This document shows positions 34,075 to 39,212 of a stretch of 39,212 bases of DNA, piece by piece (the first letter of the stretch is position 1; every line of letters starts with the position of its first letter). The notes under the pieces are model-generated. The model saw only the letters and a list, made by a program, of their open reading frames with translations, did no database searches and was not told where the DNA came from. This stretch comes from a virus. Taxonomy: Duplodnaviria > Caudoviricetes. The stretch lies in the IMG/VR virus record IMGVR_UViG_3300048849_000190, positions 1 through 39,212 of that record; one strand, given 5' to 3'. The translations under genes and the position numbers were made by a program.

Positions 34075-36422
34075 TGGCGTTCCCTACGCTTGTTCAAGCC
34101 GCGATCGACCGGCTCGCCAGCTTCTACAATGGCAACGACTACGACGCCGCGGGCAATCCCGGCGGTATGGCCAACGACGGCCACCGGATCAACTTCGAGC
34201 CGTCGCTGAAGGATATTGCGACGGCGGGCGGGGGGGTCTCGGACTTCCTCGTCGCAATCGCTGCCGATGTCGAGGCGGACGCGACTGCAGCCGGTGCGGG
34301 CGCGGAAGACGCGGAGACGGCCCGGGCGGCAACCGTGGCAGCCCGCGATAAGGCGCAGTTGTGGGCGAGCGCGCCAGAGGACACCGAGGTCGAGCCGGGG
34401 CTGTTCTCGGCTCGCCATGGCGCGGCGAAGGCCGTGCAGGAGGCTGAGCGAGCTGAGGAGGAAGCAGACCGAGCGGCGGGACTCGCGGCTGGGCTTAACC
34501 TGCCGGCGCTGTCGGTCGGGGACGCCGGGAAGTACGCTCGGGTCAATGTCGGTGGCACAGGTTACGAGCTCGGGGAGCTGTTGATCGCCACAGTCGCGGA
34601 GATCAAGAGCAAGACCGGAACGGGGCTCGCCAACGCCCAGACGCTCGGGACGATCCTCGATGAGTTGGAAGTGGCCGACGCGGCGAGCGCTGCCGTCGCT
34701 CCGCCCATCGGCGCTTACATGCTATGGCCCTGGTACGCCTCCGCGCCCGATGACAAGTGGCTTGAGGCGAAGGGGCAGATCGTATCACTCGCGGCCTATC
34801 CAGGCCTCGCATCGGTTCTGCCGAACATTCCGCTCGCGCTCTATAACGGAAATCCAGCTTTTACCCCTGTTGGACCCTTAGCCTCCGGCCCTCCTAGCGG
34901 GGGGTCCGGTGCAACCTCTCCAGTTCAGGCTCTAGTCAGAAGCGGCCGCCGGATTGCCATTATCCAATCTGGATACGCGCGATTTATCGACAGGTCTCGG
35001 AACATTGATATTCAGGGAGCGGCCACCGCAGATCAGGTTCCGCAGCTTGCCAATTCCTATAGGCAGCGCCCGATCATGCGGGATAACGACGAGATCGCCT
35101 TCCTCAGCTCCGCAGGCCTTCCGTCGCTTCTGAACTTAGCGACGCTAGGCACCACACCGCCTGCGCAGAGCGTTGCCGGAACCGGGGGGATTTTCCAGGG
35201 TGCATCCGCAGCGGGGGCTGAGAGTTCAATCTGGAAGCTTCCGAATGGCGTTCTTGTTTCTTTTGTATGGATCGGCACTGAAGCCCGATACGTCTGCGCG
35301 AAGCTTGCATCTGGTGCCGGCTCTGCCTCGTGGGCCGCGTTCTTTCCGGCTGGCGTGTCGTATATTCAAACCGATCTTCGGATTTGGCAGTTAAAGAACG
35401 GCACACTCTTTATGGTGGCCCGCCCCGCTCAGACGACTGGAGACTGGACAATATACAAGACGACCGACGGAAATTCTTGGGTCTCTCTGGGGGCGGTTTC
35501 TTCGTCTGCTTCTATTGTTGGTTTAGGTGGCCCCTTCAATGATGTTGACGGGGGTATCGACAGAGACGCTCGGCTTATCAATAACGTCGAGCAGTCTCCG
35601 GACGGGCAGCAGGCCGTCGTTCGGCTGGCGAACGCTGGGTGGCTTATCTCAACCAACGGAGGTGGCTCTTTCACGTTCAAGCCAGTAACAGACCTTTTGA
35701 CGGGGCTCTACGCGCAGTTCGGCGCATCATCCATTGGCTTCATCTACGATGTCATCCGTAGCAGATGGCTACTTGTCTCGATAACGGCGAAATCAGCAGC
35801 GCCTACTGCCCGGCACTTCTCCGTCTGGGCGTCGACAGACCTGTCGGTATTTACTCTTGCTCATGAAATTGCTGCGCTGCCGGCCTTATCTGGGCAGATG
35901 TCTGCCGTAGCTCTATTCGCTGGGACGAACAAAATATCAGCACTGCCTACGATGAATAACGGCAATCAGGCAAGGTACGAGCTAAACCTTACGACTCTGG
36001 CGGTCACGGTTGCGACCAGTATCATAGGAAGTAACGCATTTTACTATAGACTGGAGGGGTATCAGTTTTTCGATGGGGCTATCTTCTCTGGCCCGGGATC
36101 GGCCTCCACAACTGCATGGGTTCCGAATAGCGATGATACGCCGGTACTGGCAATATCGAACACGAGCTCCGATGCTTTTAGAGACTTCGTCGCTAATAGC
36201 GCAGACGGCATGGTCGGGAACTTTACACTCGGGAACGCAGACGCCAGCGGAACGAAGGTATTCTATGGCGCTTATTTTGAGTACAACCAGAATACAGAGC
36301 GAAAACTTCCAAGCATTGAAGTCCAGAATATATCATCAAGCCCTGCGGTCAGGGAGCTATATAAGCCATACGTGGATGTAAATTCATACAAGCCTCCCAG
36401 AGTATACATGAGGGTGAAATAA
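34074..36422 (+). CDS. tail fibre / receptor-binding protein
   Basis: Ala-rich coiled N-terminus, collar-like PIGAYMLW...WL..KGQ.VS...YPGLA, low-GC beta-rich region with Asp-box-like motifs, C-terminal YMRVK; ATG at 34074 overlaps the upstream stop. Confidence 0.8.
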   Translation: MAFPTLVQAAIDRLASFYNGNDYDAAGNPGGMANDGHRINFEPSLKDIATAGGGVSDFLVAIAADVEADATAAGAGAEDAETARAATVAARDKAQLWASAPEDTEVEPGLFSARHGAAKAVQEAERAEEEADRAAGLAAGLNLPALSVGDAGKYARVNVGGTGYELGELLIATVAEIKSKTGTGLANAQTLGTILDELEVADAASAAVAPPIGAYMLWPWYASAPDDKWLEAKGQIVSLAAYPGLASVLPNIPLALYNGNPAFTPVGPLASGPPSGGSGATSPVQALVRSGRRIAIIQSGYARFIDRSRNIDIQGAATADQVPQLANSYRQRPIMRDNDEIAFLSSAGLPSLLNLATLGTTPPAQSVAGTGGIFQGASAAGAESSIWKLPNGVLVSFVWIGTEARYVCAKLASGAGSASWAAFFPAGVSYIQTDLRIWQLKNGTLFMVARPAQTTGDWTIYKTTDGNSWVSLGAVSSSASIVGLGGPFNDVDGGIDRDARLINNVEQSPDGQQAVVRLANAGWLISTNGGGSFTFKPVTDLLTGLYAQFGASSIGFIYDVIRSRWLLVSITAKSAAPTARHFSVWASTDLSVFTLAHEIAALPALSGQMSAVALFAGTNKISALPTMNNGNQARYELNLTTLAVTVATSIIGSNAFYYRLEGYQFFDGAIFSGPGSASTTAWVPNSDDTPVLAISNTSSDAFRDFVANSADGMVGNFTLGNADASGTKVFYGAYFEYNQNTERKLPSIEVQNISSSPAVRELYKPYVDVNSYKPPRVYMRVK

Positions 36423-36423
36423 A

Positions 36424-36861
36424 ATGGCTGAAGCTCACATCACCCGCAACGGCTTCTACGATCACTCGGTCGAGGCCGACTACATCGAGGGAGAGGGGAC
36501 GTTTACCCCTCTCCCGGAATACGACCCGGAGACAGAGGCGCTGCAGTTTACGGGGGTCGGCTGGTCTGTCGTTCCGGTCGCGGTACGGGACGCTTACCAG
36601 CCCCCGGAGCCCCCACCTCCGCCGATCCCGATGGAGGTCTCCGCCGTCCAGGCGAAGACGGCGCTGTTCGCCGCCGGCCTCTATGACGCTGTCGAGACGG
36701 CTCTCGGCGGGTCGCCCTACGCCCTCATCCGCATCTGGTGGGACTCCGCGCAGGTCTGGCGGCGTGACAACCCGTACATCTCGGCGCTCGCTACGGAGCT
36801 AGGGCTGTCGGATGACCAGGTGGACGGGCTCTTCGTCGCGGCGGCTGCAGTCCAGACCTAA
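36424..36861 (+). CDS. tail fibre-associated / assembly protein
   Basis: P.YDP..E...F.G..W, Pro-rich linker, VS..QAK.AL...GL...W..A....R.....LGLS..QVD.LF..A. Confidence 0.7.
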   Translation: MAEAHITRNGFYDHSVEADYIEGEGTFTPLPEYDPETEALQFTGVGWSVVPVAVRDAYQPPEPPPPPIPMEVSAVQAKTALFAAGLYDAVETALGGSPYALIRIWWDSAQVWRRDNPYISALATELGLSDDQVDGLFVAAAAVQT

Positions 36862-36866
36862 CTGCC

Positions 36867-37328
36867 ATGTCCTCCTTCACCGTGCCTCTCCTCTACGAGA
36901 GCACCGACACATTCCGCGGAGGCCGGTCGAGGCGCCGCATGCTCGACGGGGTCGAGGTGTGCGAGCTGGTCGGCGCCCGCCGGCTGTTCCGTATCACCCG
37001 CGGATTCGTCTACGTGTGCGAGCGCACCGGCTTGAGCATCCCGGTCGACGAGGGCTTCCTCTGCGACCTCGGCTCAATCCCAGGCTTCGCGCGCGGATGG
37101 CTCTCGCCCGACGATCCCTGGGCGGCGGCCTTTGTCCTGCATGACTGGCTCTACCGCTCGAAGATGTTCGACCGGCTGACCTGCGACCTGATCCTCTGGG
37201 ATGCGCTGGGGCTGCCGTACCGGGCCTACGACGAAGCCGACCGGATGTACCGGGTGGTCTGTCCGAGCCTCGCCCGGACAGCGATCTACTATGCGGTGAG
37301 GGCAGGGGGCAGGGCTGCCTACGCCTGA
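36867..37328 (+). CDS. DUF1353 family protein
   Basis: V..GF..DL.SIP, AA..LHDWLY, D.I...AL, Y.AVR.GG. Confidence 0.85.
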   Translation: MSSFTVPLLYESTDTFRGGRSRRRMLDGVEVCELVGARRLFRITRGFVYVCERTGLSIPVDEGFLCDLGSIPGFARGWLSPDDPWAAAFVLHDWLYRSKMFDRLTCDLILWDALGLPYRAYDEADRMYRVVCPSLARTAIYYAVRAGGRAAYA

Positions 37329-37383
37329 ACCGCCTTTCCCCGAATTCCTCATAGGGTTCGGTCGCAGCTTTTTTCCAAGGCAA

Positions 37384-37415
37384 AGGCGGCGCTGCTCGGG
37401 GGAGTAGCGCCGCCT
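37384..37415. other. strong intergenic stem-loop
   Basis: AGGCGGCGCTGCTC-GGGG-GAGTAGCGCCGCCT, 14-bp stem with one G.T pair. Confidence 0.7.
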
Positions 37416-37509
37416 GTATGGCACCTGCTTCAGCACCATAAACGGACGTTGTGTCGTGCTGGTCGCCCATACTCGCCGCCGAATCTATCTAAAATCTTAA
37501 CCAAACAGC

Positions 37510-37536
37510 GGCTCGCCTTCATCGGCGGGCCTTTTT
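37510..37536 (+). terminator. intrinsic terminator upstream of endolysin
   Basis: GGCTCGCC-TTCATC-GGCGGGCC-TTTTT. Confidence 0.75.
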
Positions 37537-37549
37537 CATGAGGTCTGCA

Positions 37550-38458
37550 ATGAACCGCAAAGCCTTTTACGATGCCGTCCGCGCCCATGTCGGCGTGCTC
37601 AATCAAGGCCAGGTCGGTGGCTCCGAGCGATATCTCGACGAGGGTGAGCGCCGCGGCACCCAGCTCGACTGGCTGGCCTACATCATCGCCACCGTGTTCT
37701 GGGAGACGGCTCGGACGATGCAGCCGGTCAAGGAGGCGTTCTGGAAAAGCGAGGCGTGGCGCAAGGCCAACCTGCGCTATTTTCCCTGGTACGGCCGCGG
37801 CGACATTCAGCTCACATGGGAAGCCAATTATCGCAAGGCCGGCTTGGCGATCGGCGTCGATCTGATCAAGGACCCTGACGCGGCGCTCGATCCGGCCAAC
37901 GCGGTGAAGATCGCCTTCGAGGGTACGGAACACGGGTGGTTCACCGGGAAGGATCTTGGCGACTATCTCGACGGCGTGGACGAGAGCGATGCCGAGGATC
38001 TGCGCGAGTTTGCCAACGCCAGGCGCATCGTCAACGGCGTCGACAAGCAGATCGAGATCGGGAAGCTGGCGCTGGCTTTCGAGGGGGCGCTGCGTGCTGC
38101 CGCCTATGCCGGCGTCGCGAACACGCAACCCGCCGTCATCACCGCGCCCGCACAGGAGCCCGCCATGCCTGCTGTTCAGTCAGTTCCGGCCACGCCTTCC
38201 GCACCGCTGCCTGCCAACCCGTCGCCGACGCCCGTCGAGCAGTCGAGCAAGTCCATGGGTGCCGGCAAGTGGACGGCGGCCGTCGGAACGCTCTGGACGA
38301 CCATCTCGGCGTTCCTGATGTCGACGCCTTCGGTGCCGGAGCAGTACCGCGACCCGGTGCTGCTAGCCGGCATCGGCACGCTGCTGACGACGCTCGCAAG
38401 CATCATCGGTGCATACGTCGCGCCGCAGAATGCGGTGCCCGTGTCGGCAGGGAAGTGA
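37550..38458 (+). CDS. endolysin, GH19/lysozyme-like, with C-terminal membrane segments
   Basis: LAYIIATVFWET..TMQP, YGRG.IQLTW..NY, ARRIVNG.D; Pro/Ala linker; two hydrophobic helices. Confidence 0.88.
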   Translation: MNRKAFYDAVRAHVGVLNQGQVGGSERYLDEGERRGTQLDWLAYIIATVFWETARTMQPVKEAFWKSEAWRKANLRYFPWYGRGDIQLTWEANYRKAGLAIGVDLIKDPDAALDPANAVKIAFEGTEHGWFTGKDLGDYLDGVDESDAEDLREFANARRIVNGVDKQIEIGKLALAFEGALRAAAYAGVANTQPAVITAPAQEPAMPAVQSVPATPSAPLPANPSPTPVEQSSKSMGAGKWTAAVGTLWTTISAFLMSTPSVPEQYRDPVLLAGIGTLLTTLASIIGAYVAPQNAVPVSAGK

Positions 38459-38464
38459 GGGCGC

Positions 38465-38932
38465 ATGCAAACGCTTATCGTTCACGTCCGGGAGAATTTC
38501 GCCCGGGTCTTCGTCGGCCGCATGATCGAATGGGAGCACTCGATCATGCTCATGCTGTTCGGCCTGGTGCTGATCGACCAACCTGAGCTTTTTGGCGCGG
38601 CCGCCTCCTATTCCTTCTTCCGGGCCATGTACGACTCCTACGCGTTCTGGGGGTTGGCGGCTCTGTCGGTCGGGGCGATCCGCTTTGCCGTCCTGCTGGT
38701 GAACGGCACAATCCGGCGCTCTCCGCATTTGCGCGCGGCTCTGGCGATGATGACGGCATTCTTCTGGTTTGCCGCGGCCTACGGCGCTGTGGTCTCCGAC
38801 AAGCTCACTCCGCTCACGGTGATCTCGGCCAGCTTCTTTGGCTGGCAGTTCGTGATTTTCATGATCTGCATCCGGTACGCCAAGCTCGAAGACATCAAGG
38901 CTGTGCCGAATGCTCGACAAACTCACTCCTGA
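38465..38932 (+). CDS. multi-pass membrane protein of the lysis cassette (holin candidate)
   Basis: About four TM segments; R..EW, L.VNG..RRSPHLR; follows endolysin. Confidence 0.7.
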   Translation: MQTLIVHVRENFARVFVGRMIEWEHSIMLMLFGLVLIDQPELFGAAASYSFFRAMYDSYAFWGLAALSVGAIRFAVLLVNGTIRRSPHLRAALAMMTAFFWFAAAYGAVVSDKLTPLTVISASFFGWQFVIFMICIRYAKLEDIKAVPNARQTHS

Positions 38933-39212
38933 GCTCATCGCATCCGCCATCGTTGGCTTCGTTTTTCTTCTCTCCGGGCTTGGCCTTTATAAGCGTACCA
39001 GTGGCGGCGAGAGGCTCGCAGAGGGAGCATATAAGGTCACATCGCCGTCTACCGACGCCGCTCTTCAACTAGAGCGGATCGCGCAGGCGCTCGAGGACAT
39101 CGCCGCGCAGGGCAAAGACAGCTTTCAGCGTGACATGCGGGACAAGCTGGAGAAACTTGAAGAGATCATGGAGCACCAGGCCGAGGACAAACGGCGCCGC
39201 GATCGAAACTGA
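38910..39212 (+). CDS. single-TM protein with coiled-coil C-terminus (lysis cassette)
   Basis: N-terminal TM LIASAIVGFVFLLSGLGLY; charged helical tail. Confidence 0.65.
   Translation: MLDKLTPELIASAIVGFVFLLSGLGLYKRTSGGERLAEGAYKVTSPSTDAALQLERIAQALEDIAAQGKDSFQRDMRDKLEKLEEIMEHQAEDKRRRDRN

Noticed and set aside
34840-37420. Diversity-generating retroelement or invertible tail-fibre cassette
   Set aside because: No reverse transcriptase, template/variable repeat pair, invertase or flanking inverted repeats seen in the window
36994-37470. 158-aa minus-strand ORF
   Set aside because: Mostly antisense to the DUF1353 gene, crosses a strong hairpin, low-complexity product

Overview
The window holds one host gene (msrA, 1-510, minus strand) followed by most of a temperate HK97-type siphovirus prophage in a high-GC alphaproteobacterium (Rhizobiales-like by inference). 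The left junction is the 5' half of a tRNA-Pro(TGG) gene; the right end (attR) lies beyond the window. Gene order is lambdoid. The leftward early arm carries integrase, excisionase, HNH, DUF2303 and small ORFs. Next come a cI/cro switch with recognisable 13-bp operators and a replication module (Zn/TOPRIM primase, MT-A70 methyltransferase, D5/SF3 helicase, iteron origin). A NusG-paralog late regulator precedes the HNH/terminase/portal/ClpP/capsid head module. The tail module has a -1 frameshifted chaperone, a tape measure split by a frameshift after an NlpC/P60-like domain, and a low-GC tail fibre. A lysis cassette ends the window. The most notable unexplained signals are: an alphaproteobacterial LexA box driving a small Zn-binding gene convergent with cI; a family of sequence-related terminators in the late operon downstream of the NusG paralog, two with overlapping leftward promoters; a third operator pair downstream of cro; a signal-peptide-like leader on the major capsid protein; and a propeller-like insertion splitting the tail-fibre collar domain. 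All family assignments are from motif recognition by eye; no database search was run.
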